Shown piece after piece: positions 28,344 to 38,400 of a DNA stretch of 64,000 nt. The stretch lies in the NCBI GenBank assembly GCA_965263055.1, contig OZ253581.1, positions 4,200,408-4,264,407 of the forward strand, read 5' to 3'. How positions within the stretch are numbered: the first letter of the stretch is position 1; each line of letters opens with the position of its first letter. The position numbers and the translations under genes were made by a program. This stretch comes from Vicinamibacterales bacterium (lineage in GTDB: Bacteria > Acidobacteriota > Vicinamibacteria > Vicinamibacterales > UBA8438). The notes under the pieces were generated by a model, which worked only from the letters and a program-made list of their open reading frames with translations, was not told the DNA's origin and ran no database searches.

Positions 28344-28781
28344 ATGGCGAGTCTCTGCAAGATCAGTATTGTCGGCAATCTCGGCCGGGACGCCGAGCAG
28401 CGGTACACGCCGGGCGGTGACGGAGTCGTCACGTTCAGCGTGGCCACGACGGAGGTACGGAACAACCGGGGCGAGCGCGAAGAGCATACCCAGTGGTTCC
28501 GGGTTGATTTCTGGGGCAAGCGTGGCGAACGGATCAAGGACTACCTGACGAAGGGGCAGCGCGTCTACGTCGACGGGCGGCTGCGGGTTCGGGACTACGA
28601 GGACCGCGACGGCAAGGCGCGGTACTCGCTCGATGTGCGGGCCGCCGATGTCGTGCTGCTCGGCAGCCGGCGCGACGGCGAGAGCCGCCAGGATCGGCAC
28701 GACGAGCAGGCACCGGCGGCAGCCACGCCGGAGCGGGGCGCCGGCAGCGTCGATCTGGCCGACGACGACATCCCGTTCTAG
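28344..28781 (+). CDS. ssb: single-stranded DNA-binding protein
   Basis: OB-fold N-terminus (ISIVGNLGRDAEQRYTPGG, TQWFRV) and an acidic tail ending DDDIPF. Confidence 0.93.
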   Translation: MASLCKISIVGNLGRDAEQRYTPGGDGVVTFSVATTEVRNNRGEREEHTQWFRVDFWGKRGERIKDYLTKGQRVYVDGRLRVRDYEDRDGKARYSLDVRAADVVLLGSRRDGESRQDRHDEQAPAAATPERGAGSVDLADDDIPF

Positions 28782-28792
28782 CGCGGGTGCCC

Positions 28793-29182
28793 TTACGGAT
28801 CGGATGTGCCGGTCCGACCATAGCGATCGTCGAGACGAACGACGTCGTCCAATTCCGGCGTCGAGACCTCAAAGAGATCGCTGTCCTCGATGGCGGTCAT
28901 CCTGTGCACCAGCCCGGGAGTGATGTGCACGGACTCACCGGGCTGCATTTCCCACGCTCGGCGATGTTCTGCCGTCCCGAGTTCAAAGTGCAGGCGTCCC
29001 CGCCAGAGGAGGATGGTTTCCTCCTTCCGGTCGTGATACTGCAGGCTGAGGGCGTGGCCCGCCCGGACATGGATTACCTTGCCCACGTAGCGGTCGGTTT
29101 GCGCCCAGATCAGTTCGTGGCCCCAGGGTTTGTCGACGCGGAGCGTCTTCTTGCCCGCCGGGACGTTCGTTCCGCTCGTCAT
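28793..29182 (-). CDS. cupin-domain protein (mannose-6-phosphate isomerase type II C-terminal-like)
   Basis: KPWGHELIWAQTDRYVGKVIHVRAGHALSLQYH cupin motif. It starts 1 nt after the rpoN stop. Confidence 0.7.
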   Translation of the reverse strand: MTSGTNVPAGKKTLRVDKPWGHELIWAQTDRYVGKVIHVRAGHALSLQYHDRKEETILLWRGRLHFELGTAEHRRAWEMQPGESVHITPGLVHRMTAIEDSDLFEVSTPELDDVVRLDDRYGRTGTSDP

Positions 29183-29183
29183 G

Positions 29184-30743
29184 TCAGTAGTGGGCCTTCC
29201 GGCGGCTCGACGTGGGGATCTTCATTTCCTCGCGGTATTTGGCGATCGTGCGCCGGGCTAGCTTCAATCCCTCCTCTTCCTCCAGCCGCTGCACGATGCG
29301 GGAATCACTCATCGGCTTGCGTGCATCTTCTTCCTGGATCATCTTGCGGATCCGCCGCTTGATGGCCACTGACGAGACGTTCTCGCCGAACGCGGTATGG
29401 ACGCCGGAGCTGAAGAAGAACTTCATCTCGAGCACGCCCTGGGGAGTATGCATGTACTTGTTGGTGACCACGCGGCTGACCGTCGACTCGTGCATTCCGA
29501 TGTCATCCGCCACTTCGCGCAACACCATTGGCCGGAGGTACTCGACGCCATGCTCGAAGAAAGCGCGCTGGAAGCCGATGATGCTGGTCGCCACACGCTG
29601 AACGGTCTTCTGCCTCTGATCGATTGACCGGATCAGCCAGATCGCCGACTTGAACTTCTCCCGGACGTACGCGCGGGTCTCCTCCGAGTCTTCGTTCTGT
29701 TTGTTCATCATGCGCCGGTAGACCGGGCTGATGCGCAGTTGCGGCATGCCGTCTTCATTCAGTACCGCGACAAAATCACCATCCACCTTGACAACGGAAA
29801 CGTCGGGGATCACGTACTGCGATCGAACCGGGTTGAGACTGGCGCCCGGCTTCGGATCAAGCCGTTGCAGCACTTCCATATGCTTGCGGAGCGCGGCAAG
29901 GGTGAGACCGAGCCGTTTTGCAAGGTCGGGCAACTGATGGTTCTGAAGCAAGACGAGATGGTCACGAACGATCGCTTCACTCGGTGTGTCAGTCAGTCCG
30001 AGCCGGTCGATCTGCAGCAACAGACATTCCTGCAGGTTCCGCGCAGCGACACCAGTGGGATCGAAAGTCTGCACCAGCGCGAGCGCCCGCTTGACCTCGT
30101 CGTGTGGCCAGGCCCCCATCGCGGCCAGCTCGTTTATTGACGCGCCGAGGTAGCCGTCCTCGTTCAGGTTGCCGATGATCGCCAGCCCGATCTCCCGGAG
30201 ACGATCGTCATCGGTCTGCATCAAGAGCTGCCAACGCAGATGGTCCGACAGTGACCCTTTAGTCGCGAGAGTGTTCTCGATCGGCGGCAGCTCCGGAATC
30301 TCGGTGGGTGTCCGCGATCGGTAGCCGTCGTCCAGATAGTCGCCGAAGAAGTACTCGTAATCAGAGTCGTCCCAGGGGGCTTCCTCCGGAGACGTTACCC
30401 CCTCGGGTGCTTCGGTAATGTTGTCCGAGGCAGTCGAGAGATTCGTGGGATCGGGTGCGTCGGCATTCGCCTCGTCCACGGCATGGTCGACAGCCGAACC
30501 GTCGACGGCATCCGAATCAGCGGTGGCGTCGTTTTCCGACGCCGTGTTCATGTCAGCGGTTTCCGCCGTTGCCGCGTCTTCCTCCGGCACCTCCTCAAGC
30601 AGGGGGTTCTCGACCACCTCCTGGTTGAGAAGATCGGCCAACTCAAGCGTCGACATCGGCAACAGCTTGATCGCCTGCTGCAGCGACGGTGTCAGGACAA
30701 GCCTCTGTGAGAGCCGCGCCTGGAGTCTTTGCTGAATGGCCAT
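29184..30743 (-). CDS. rpoN: RNA polymerase sigma-54 factor
   Basis: N-terminal MAIQQRLQARLSQRLVLTPSLQQAIKLL, acidic region II, C-terminal RpoN box ARRTIAKYRE. Confidence 0.95.
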   Translation of the reverse strand: MAIQQRLQARLSQRLVLTPSLQQAIKLLPMSTLELADLLNQEVVENPLLEEVPEEDAATAETADMNTASENDATADSDAVDGSAVDHAVDEANADAPDPTNLSTASDNITEAPEGVTSPEEAPWDDSDYEYFFGDYLDDGYRSRTPTEIPELPPIENTLATKGSLSDHLRWQLLMQTDDDRLREIGLAIIGNLNEDGYLGASINELAAMGAWPHDEVKRALALVQTFDPTGVAARNLQECLLLQIDRLGLTDTPSEAIVRDHLVLLQNHQLPDLAKRLGLTLAALRKHMEVLQRLDPKPGASLNPVRSQYVIPDVSVVKVDGDFVAVLNEDGMPQLRISPVYRRMMNKQNEDSEETRAYVREKFKSAIWLIRSIDQRQKTVQRVATSIIGFQRAFFEHGVEYLRPMVLREVADDIGMHESTVSRVVTNKYMHTPQGVLEMKFFFSSGVHTAFGENVSSVAIKRRIRKMIQEEDARKPMSDSRIVQRLEEEEGLKLARRTIAKYREEMKIPTSSRRKAHY

Positions 30744-30845
30744 CGAGCGCCTGATCCAGTAGCCGCTGGGTCCGATCCGCTTCCTTCGATCTTAGTCCAA
30801 AAGGTTGCGCTCGCCGCCGTTCCGCCGACCGCCGCGCGCCGGCGG

Positions 30846-31571
30846 TCAATCAAGCCGGAAGTCGGTGCCCAGGAAGATCCGCTTCACCGCGTCGTCGCAC
30901 GCTAGTTCGTCCGGCGCCCCACTCCTGAACACATGACCGTCATGGATGATGTACGCGCGGTCGGTAATCTTGAGCGTCTCCCGGACGTTGTGATCGGTCA
31001 TGAGCACGCCGATGCCCCGCTCCCTGAGGTGGAAGATGATCCCCTGGATGTCTGCCACGGCAATCGGATCAATTCCGGCGAACGGTTCGTCGAGCAGAAT
31101 GAATGCGGGAGACATCACCAGCGCCCGCGTGATCTCCACCCGCCGGCGCTCTCCCCCGGAGAGCGAGTGCGCCCGCGCCTTGGCGAGGGGTGTCAGTTTC
31201 AACTCCGCCAGCAAGTCGTCGGCCCGGCGACGGCGTTCCGCCCGGGGCAGCTTCAGCGTCTCCAGGATCGCCAGGATGTTCTGCTCGACGGTCAGACCGC
31301 GGAAGACGGAAGGCTCCTGCGGCAGGTAACCAATCCCCCGCTTTGCCCGCAAGTACATCGGATGACTGGTGATGTCCTCGCCATTGAGTAGCACGCGTCC
31401 CGAGTCGGGAGGAGTGAGGCCAACGACCAGATGGAAGGTGGTGGTCTTGCCGGCACCGTTCGGGCCAAGTAGTCCCACTACCTCGCCCGGACGCACCTCA
31501 AGGCTGACGCCGCTCACGACGGTGCGCCGGCCGTAGGACTTGGTGAGGTCTGAAGTCTTGAGAGAAGCCAT
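30846..31571 (-). CDS. lptB: LPS export ABC transporter ATP-binding protein LptB
   Basis: [11 protein letters not shown] Walker [12 protein letters not shown] signature, position upstream of rpoN. Confidence 0.93.
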   Translation of the reverse strand: MASLKTSDLTKSYGRRTVVSGVSLEVRPGEVVGLLGPNGAGKTTTFHLVVGLTPPDSGRVLLNGEDITSHPMYLRAKRGIGYLPQEPSVFRGLTVEQNILAILETLKLPRAERRRRADDLLAELKLTPLAKARAHSLSGGERRRVEITRALVMSPAFILLDEPFAGIDPIAVADIQGIIFHLRERGIGVLMTDHNVRETLKITDRAYIIHDGHVFRSGAPDELACDDAVKRIFLGTDFRLD

Positions 31572-31589
31572 GGACGGACGGGCGCCCGC

Positions 31590-33692
31590 TCAGAACGGCT
31601 GGCACGGACTGGTGGAGGATGCGGTGCGCGCCTCCGCCCCTCCGTCCACGATGACCGCGTCGCCGGTGACGTAAAAGGTGACGGCGCGTCCGGTCGTCTC
31701 CCGGCAGCCGCCGCCCATCTCCTCGATGATTCGGACCGGCGCCCCGGTCATGTCGTACCGGCCACCGGCGTCTTCGTAGGCCAGCGTCTCGCCGGCCGCC
31801 CGGCGATCATCGAGCCGGAGCTGGACGTCGTCGGCTGTCTCTATTCCTTCCAGGGTCCGGGCATCGTCAGCCAGGCGGAGCACAATCGTTCCGGCCGCGA
31901 GGTCGATGCCACCGCTGTCCAGCGTTGCCTCACCGAGGTAGCTGACCTGACGAGCACTGTTGTCATACCGGAATGCCGCGCCGCGAGAGACGGCGGTGGT
32001 TGGCGCTGCCTCGCCCGTGTCGTGATCCTGCCGCACCATGGTGGTCCGCGTCGTAACGTCTTCTACCGCCTCCAGGTTGCCGCTAGCTTCATGCAGCGTG
32101 ATCGTCCCGGCACGGATCTCGGTTTCTCCCTGCCAGAGGCGCGCGCCGCCGGCGTACGTTGCACGCGACGACTCGGCAACGTAGGCAAACCGTTCCGCGG
32201 TCGCGTAGATCGGTGATCCTTCGTCGAACAGGCCGGGCCGTGTGAGGCCATCATCGGCACGGTTCCCGTCCAACTCCAGGATGCCGCGGACGGTCTCGAC
32301 CGCTTCGACGTCGGGGCCGTCGAGACGGACCGTCACTGTCGCGCCCTGAATAGAACCCCAGTGGTCCACGACGCGAGGCGGGTTGCCAGCCTCCGCGGTA
32401 TGAAGGACGAGCGTTGCCGCGTCCGGCATGTACGTTGCCGCGTCCGCCACTCCCTTGACTGCGCCTGCTTCAAGCGTGACCCCGCCGTCGAAGCGGGCTT
32501 CACCCAGACGCGTTACGTCATCGTGCAGCGCCGCGGCGAGTCGTTCCGCCCGTACGATCCGTTCGGTTGGGGTGTCTGATCCCGTATCGACCTGTTCGCG
32601 GAACTCAACAGCGCCATCGAAATGGACCATCGTCACCTGGTTCGCTGATTCGGCCAGTCCCAGGTCGAGGGCATCCGCGCGAACCCGGCGCCCCCGTCCA
32701 TCTGCCGCAGGCAAGTCGAGTGTGACGCCGTCCCGGGCGGCCACGTGATCGACGCCGCCGGCGTCGGTGTCGCCACCGAAACGGAGGTCGACCGTCCCGC
32801 CACCAATCGCAGCACCCTCGTCGCGTGTGGCGCCGTACAGTGCGACACGTCCACCGCCACGGACTACTGCCCTGTCAATCGCACCATCGAGATACGACAC
32901 CGTGATCGCCTGGGCCGTCAGCGCGCGAAGACCGCCCGGCGTCGGGTCGCGCCCCTCGATTCGCGCATCACCTGTGAGATCGACACGGTCGAGGCGGGAC
33001 TCCTCAGGGTCGAACGTCACCATCACCTCGTCTGCGTCCATCCGCTCGTACCCCGTATCGATCGCAACATTTCCTTCGAAACGCATGTAGCCGTCCGCCC
33101 GAGCGATGAGGGCGCTGGCCGCTTCGATCCTGGTCTCGCCCTCGTCGTTGTCACCTGTCCGCAACTGCACCCGTGCCTGTCGATCGAGATGCAGCAAGCC
33201 GTGGCGACGGTCGTAGCGCGATTCGCCGCCCGTCAATGTCATCCAGCCCTGCTCGAAGCGAGCGGGTCCCGGCATCCGGACGATGCCTTCGCCATCGTCG
33301 TACGACGCTTCGTCCGTAGCGGCGGTCAACCCGTCGTCAGTCTCGATCTCCACGTGGACTGACAGTGTCCAATGACCCTCGTCCTGGCTGCCGGTTGCCT
33401 CGCCCCCCCGGATCCGCAGGCCGATCCGGTCGTCGTCTTCAGGTACCGCCACCTCCACCGTCACCAGGCGCGACCGGCCGTCGGCATAGGCGAACTGCTG
33501 ATCCGCCTCGATGACCGTCCCGTCGCCGAGCGTGATGCGAGCGCCGCGACTCTGGAGGATGGCGTCCGGGTCGGCGCCGTAGAGCGCAATAGTTGCCTCA
33601 GGCGCGGTGCGCTCACGAACCCCCAGCCCGACGACAACACCGAACCCCACTACGCAGAGAGCCAACGCCGCCCGCAGAGGCCGTTGCCACAT
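31590..33692 (-). CDS. 700-aa membrane-anchored protein made of repeated LptC/LptA (OstA-like) beta-jellyroll-type segments
   Basis: N-terminal TM anchor MWQRPLRAALALCVVGFGVVVGLGV. The sequence shows repetitive alternating beta-strand patterns (e.g. ATAERFAYVAESSRATYAGGARLWQGETEIRAGTITLHE). It sits at the lptC-lptA position immediately upstream of lptB. Domain calls are by eye only. Confidence 0.55.
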   Translation of the reverse strand: MWQRPLRAALALCVVGFGVVVGLGVRERTAPEATIALYGADPDAILQSRGARITLGDGTVIEADQQFAYADGRSRLVTVEVAVPEDDDRIGLRIRGGEATGSQDEGHWTLSVHVEIETDDGLTAATDEASYDDGEGIVRMPGPARFEQGWMTLTGGESRYDRRHGLLHLDRQARVQLRTGDNDEGETRIEAASALIARADGYMRFEGNVAIDTGYERMDADEVMVTFDPEESRLDRVDLTGDARIEGRDPTPGGLRALTAQAITVSYLDGAIDRAVVRGGGRVALYGATRDEGAAIGGGTVDLRFGGDTDAGGVDHVAARDGVTLDLPAADGRGRRVRADALDLGLAESANQVTMVHFDGAVEFREQVDTGSDTPTERIVRAERLAAALHDDVTRLGEARFDGGVTLEAGAVKGVADAATYMPDAATLVLHTAEAGNPPRVVDHWGSIQGATVTVRLDGPDVEAVETVRGILELDGNRADDGLTRPGLFDEGSPIYATAERFAYVAESSRATYAGGARLWQGETEIRAGTITLHEASGNLEAVEDVTTRTTMVRQDHDTGEAAPTTAVSRGAAFRYDNSARQVSYLGEATLDSGGIDLAAGTIVLRLADDARTLEGIETADDVQLRLDDRRAAGETLAYEDAGGRYDMTGAPVRIIEEMGGGCRETTGRAVTFYVTGDAVIVDGGAEARTASSTSPCQPF

Positions 33693-33718
33693 CTCAGGTT
33701 TCCGCTTCCGTACTCACT

Positions 33719-35467
33719 CTATCGGGCGGGCCTTGCATCAGCAATTGTCAGTTCGGTGTAGGTGGCTCCCTGGAAACGGTTCTGACTCAGCGAGAAGACG
33801 AGATTGAGGCCGCGACCCCGATCGGTGTAGCGGTCAATCCGGTCGGCCGCACGCCAAGCGACCGCCCGGAACCGCGCCGTACCCTGACGGAGCGTCATCT
33901 GCAGGTGCTGTTCCTTCAGCCGTCGCGGCCCCTCTACAACGTCGACGCCCTCGGTCCAGAAGACCGGCCGGGGGTTCCCCCGGCCGAAGGGCTCCATGGC
34001 TGCCAGGCTGGTTATGAATGCACTGCCGATCGCGTCGAGCGGTAGTGGCGCGTCGACCGTCAACGACGGGACGAGCGTCTCCGGGTCCATCCATTCGGCA
34101 GCGTACGCGGCAAGGCGCCGGCGTAGCGACGGCAGCCGCTCGGCCGGGATCTCCATGCCGGCCGCCTGGCGGTGACCGCCGAAGCGGGTGAACAGATCGG
34201 CGCAACTTTCGAGTGCCCGAAGCAGATCGAAGCCGGGCAGGCTGCGCCCAGAACCATGCGCCACCGCGCCATCGACGGACAGCACGATGGCCGGCCGCCC
34301 GAAGGTCTCGACCATCTTCGACGCCACGATGCCGATAACGCCACGATGCCAGTCCTCACCCCAGACGACGAGCAGGCGTTCGGCCGACAGCTCCGGATCC
34401 TTCTCGACCGTCCGTCGAGCCTCGGTGGCAATCGCCGTCTCTTCGGAGCGGCGCCGCGTGTTCTCTTCATCGAGCGTTCCGGCCAGCCGCTTCGCTTCTG
34501 CTGACGCCTCGGCTCCCGTCGCGAGCAGCAGTCTCGTTGCAATCTCGGGAGATCGCATCCGGCCCGCTGCGTTGATTCGGGGCGCGAGGCGGAACGCGAC
34601 CGCCTCGCTGTCGATTGCTTTCCCTGTCAGACCGCTCGCCTCAAGGAGTGCCTGCAACCCGACCGTGTTCGGTCCGCGCGAGAGTTGCTCCAGTCCTATC
34701 TTGGCGAGGATCCGGTTCTCACCAAGAAGCGGCACTGCATCGGCGAGGGTTCCGATCGCCGCCAGCTTGCTCAAACCCGGCAGCCACGCTGCATGATCCG
34801 TTCGCTGGCAGAGCGATTGCGCCACCTTGAAGGCAACGCCGACGCCCGCCAGGTTCTGGTCGGGATAGGCGCTGTCGGCGCGGCGTGGGTTTACCACGGC
34901 GAAAGCCGGTGGCAGCGTCGTGCCCGGCTCGTGGTGATCGGTGACGATAAGGTCGATGCCGAGTGCGCGCGCCCGTTCCGCCGCCGCTTCACTCCGGATG
35001 CCGCAGTCGACGGTCACGACCACGCGTCGGCCGTCGGCCTTCAGCCGGTCGATGGTCTCTGGCTGGAGGCCGTAGCCGTCGGTCAGCCGTTCGGGGATGA
35101 AATGCGTGACGTCGGCGCCCAGCAGCTCCAGCACGCGGCGCAGCATGACAGTAGCGCTGATGCCGTCAGCGTCGTAGTCCCCATGGATCGCGATCGGTTC
35201 GTGCCGGGCGATTGCCCCCTGCAGTCGATCGACGGCGCGGTCGAGGTCATTCAGCGCGGAGGGGTCATGCAACTGATCCAGGCTCGGACAAAGGAAGCGT
35301 TCGGCGGCGCCGGGATCGCCGAGGCCTCGCTGCACCAGGAGCTGCGCCACAACGGGATGGATGCCGAGCTCCTCCTCGATCCGCCTCGCAGATAGCCGGT
35401 CGGCCGGTGGGAGATACCGCCAGATCGGTAGGTTGCCGTCGCCGTTCGAGTCGGGGCTGTTGTTCAC
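33719..35467 (-). CDS. recJ: single-stranded-DNA-specific exonuclease RecJ
   Basis: DHH motifs (HGDYDADG, VTDHHEP) and a DHHA1 region. The track start 35515 overlaps dnaE by 41 nt; the GTG at 35467 (7 nt after the dnaE stop) is preferred but uncertain. Confidence 0.88.
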   Translation of the reverse strand: MNNSPDSNGDGNLPIWRYLPPADRLSARRIEEELGIHPVVAQLLVQRGLGDPGAAERFLCPSLDQLHDPSALNDLDRAVDRLQGAIARHEPIAIHGDYDADGISATVMLRRVLELLGADVTHFIPERLTDGYGLQPETIDRLKADGRRVVVTVDCGIRSEAAAERARALGIDLIVTDHHEPGTTLPPAFAVVNPRRADSAYPDQNLAGVGVAFKVAQSLCQRTDHAAWLPGLSKLAAIGTLADAVPLLGENRILAKIGLEQLSRGPNTVGLQALLEASGLTGKAIDSEAVAFRLAPRINAAGRMRSPEIATRLLLATGAEASAEAKRLAGTLDEENTRRRSEETAIATEARRTVEKDPELSAERLLVVWGEDWHRGVIGIVASKMVETFGRPAIVLSVDGAVAHGSGRSLPGFDLLRALESCADLFTRFGGHRQAAGMEIPAERLPSLRRRLAAYAAEWMDPETLVPSLTVDAPLPLDAIGSAFITSLAAMEPFGRGNPRPVFWTEGVDVVEGPRRLKEQHLQMTLRQGTARFRAVAWRAADRIDRYTDRGRGLNLVFSLSQNRFQGATYTELTIADARPAR

Positions 35468-35474
35468 CGCGTTG

Positions 35475-38400
35475 CTACCAGGAGACGGTCCCCTTGCCGC
35501 AGACAGCCTCGACATCAGCGACCAGCGCCTCGGATGGATTGATGCGTGCCCGGCTCAACTCCGCGCGGACCCGCACCGGCGGCGCCTGGTCGCGAAGCTC
35601 CATATCGATTGCCACCTTGCCGCTGCCGTAGTGACGCCCGAACACTTCGGCCAGCGCAACGAAGGTCGCCTTGTCGGCGGGGGGCGACGCCATGCGGATT
35701 GCCAGGAAGCGGCCCGCCTCCCCCAGCACCGTATCGAGCGCCTTCACCTCGTTCACGGTGAGTCGGGGAGCATCGTCGTCCATCTCCAGCTTCCCCTCCA
35801 CCACGACCAGCCGGTCGGGGTCGAGCATCCGGCCGTATCTCCGGAAGGCCTCCGGGAAGACCACCCCCTCGATCCGACCGCCGCGGTCTTCGACCGTGAT
35901 CACCGCCATCGGATCGCCCTTCTTGGTCTTCAGGCGACGTATCGCGGCAATGATCCCCCCGACGCGAACAGACTTCATCGGGTTGTCGAGCGCATCGATT
36001 GCCCGGACATCCGCCCGGGCGAGATCGTCTCGAAACCGGTCGATCGGGTGGCCGCTCAGATAGAAGCCAAGGGCCTCCTTTTCGCAGGCAAGCTGTTCCG
36101 GCTCCGTCCAGGGCGATGCGGTGGGCAGACGCCACGCCGCTTCTCCCACAACGCTTCCGTCACCGTCGCCGAACAGGTCATGTTGACCCTGGGCGCGATC
36201 CTGTTGCCGCCGGGCGCCCTGGTCGAGCGCACGGTCAATCGCGGCGAGGAGTTGTGCACCCCACTGCCGCGTGCTGGCGCCGTTTGCGGTCGTGTGTTCC
36301 GCCTCTGCCAGACAGGAGTTGAACGCACCTGCCTTCACCAGGCATTCGACTGCCTTCCTGTTCACCTGCTTGAGGCTCACCTCTTCGCAGAAGTGATGGA
36401 GTGAGGTGAAACGCCCGCGTTGCCGTGCCTGGAGGATTGCCTCGACCGCACCGCCACCCACGTTCTTCACGGCGCAAAGACCGAACCGGATCCCCTTTGC
36501 CGTCACGCTGAACGGCCACTCGCTTACGTTGATGTCCGGCGGCAGGACCGTCACGCCGAGGTCGCGGCACTCGGCAACGTACAACGCCACCTTGTCCGTG
36601 TTCTGCCGCTCGATGGTCAACAGCGCCGCCATGAAGTGCGCCGGGTAATGCACCTTGAGGTACGCCGTCTGGTACGCCAGGAGCGCATAGGCAGTCGAGT
36701 GGCTCTTGTTGAAGCCGTACCCGGCGAAATGCTTGATCCGGTCGAAGAGCACCTTCGCCGTGTCGTGCGGCAGCCCCTCCTCCATCGCCCCTTGCAGGAA
36801 CGGCTCGCGCTGCCCTTCCATGACCGCTTCGTTCTTCTTCCCCATCGCCTTTCGGAGGATGTCCGCTTGGCCCATGGAGAAGCCGGCCAGTTCGCCGGCG
36901 ATCCGCATCACCTGCTCCTGGTAGGCGATCACGCCATAGGTCTCGCGCAGAATCGGTTCGAGCTCCGGGGTGGGATGCTTGATCTTCTGCGTGCCCTCCT
37001 TCTGCCGGATGTAGTCGTCGATGACGCCTCCGCCCAGCGGCCCGGGCCGGTAGAGGGCGTTCAGCGCGATCAGATCGTCGAACCGCTGCGGCCTTGCCTT
37101 GCGCAGCACTTCCCGCATCCCGGAACTCTCGAACTGGAAGATGCCGTTCGTCTGCGCCTCGGCGAACAACCGATAGGTGGATGTGTCATCGAGCGGGAGC
37201 GCGTCGAGGACGATCCGGGTACCTGTCGTTCGCTCGATCATCTCCACCGCGTCGTGCAGGAGCGTCAGCGTGCTCAGGCCGAGGAAGTCCATCTTGAGCA
37301 GCCCGACCCGCTCGATCTCCTTCCAACCCCATTGCGTTGTTATCTCGTCCTTCTGGCTCCTGTACAGCGGTGCGAACTGGGAGATCGCATCCGGGGCGAT
37401 CACGACCCCGGCGGCGTGGACGGAGGCGTGCCGCGTCACCCCCTCGAGGCGCCGCGCCACCCTGAGCAGGTTCTGCACCTTCGGATCGCCCTGCTCCATC
37501 TCACGGAGCATTGGGTTCTCGTTGAGCGCTTTCTCGAGGGTCATGTCGAGCGTAGACGGAATCTGCTTCGCGACGCGATCCGCCTCGGCGTAGGAGAGCC
37601 CCTGCACGCGACCGACGTCCCGCACGACCGCACGCGCCTTCATCGTCCCGAACGTGATGATCTGCGCGACGTTCTCCCGGCCGTACTTCCGGGTGACGTA
37701 GTCGATGATTTCGCCACGGCGCCGTTCGCAGAAGTCGATATCGATGTCAGGGAGCGAGATGCGTTCCGGGTTGAGGAACCGCTCGAAGATCAGGTCGTAC
37801 TCCAGCGGATCGATATCGGTGATCCGAAGCGAGTAGGCGACCAGGCTGCCCGCCGCCGATCCGCGTCCCGGGCCGACCGGCACCCCCTGTTCCCGTGCGT
37901 ACCGTATGAAGTCCCAGACGATCAGGAAGTAGCCGGCGAAACCCATGTTCTGGATCACGCCGATCTCGTAGTCGAGCCGTTCCATGTAATCGTCAAGACG
38001 GTGCTTGAGGAGGCCGCGCGCCGCGAGATCTTCCAGCCGTTCCCGTCGCTCAATGAATCCTTCGCGCGCCACCTGTGCGAAGTAGTCGTCCGGGCCTGCA
38101 AACGGTTCCGGCACGTCGAAGTGCGGCAGGTGGTAGACGTTCTTCGCGATCTCAACGTCGCACCGCTCGGCGATCGCCACGGTGTTCCGCAGCGCCTGCG
38201 GGAAGTCGCCAAAGACTGCCGCCATCTCCTCGGGCGTCTTCAGGAAAAACTGATCGCCGTGGTAGCGGAGGCGATTCGCGTCTTCGACGTTCTTGCCTGT
38301 GCCGATGCAGAGCAGGACGTCGTGCGGTTCAAAGTCCGCCTGCTTGAGGTAGTGAACGTCATTCGTGCAGACGAGCGGCAGGTTCAGGTCTGTCGCGATC

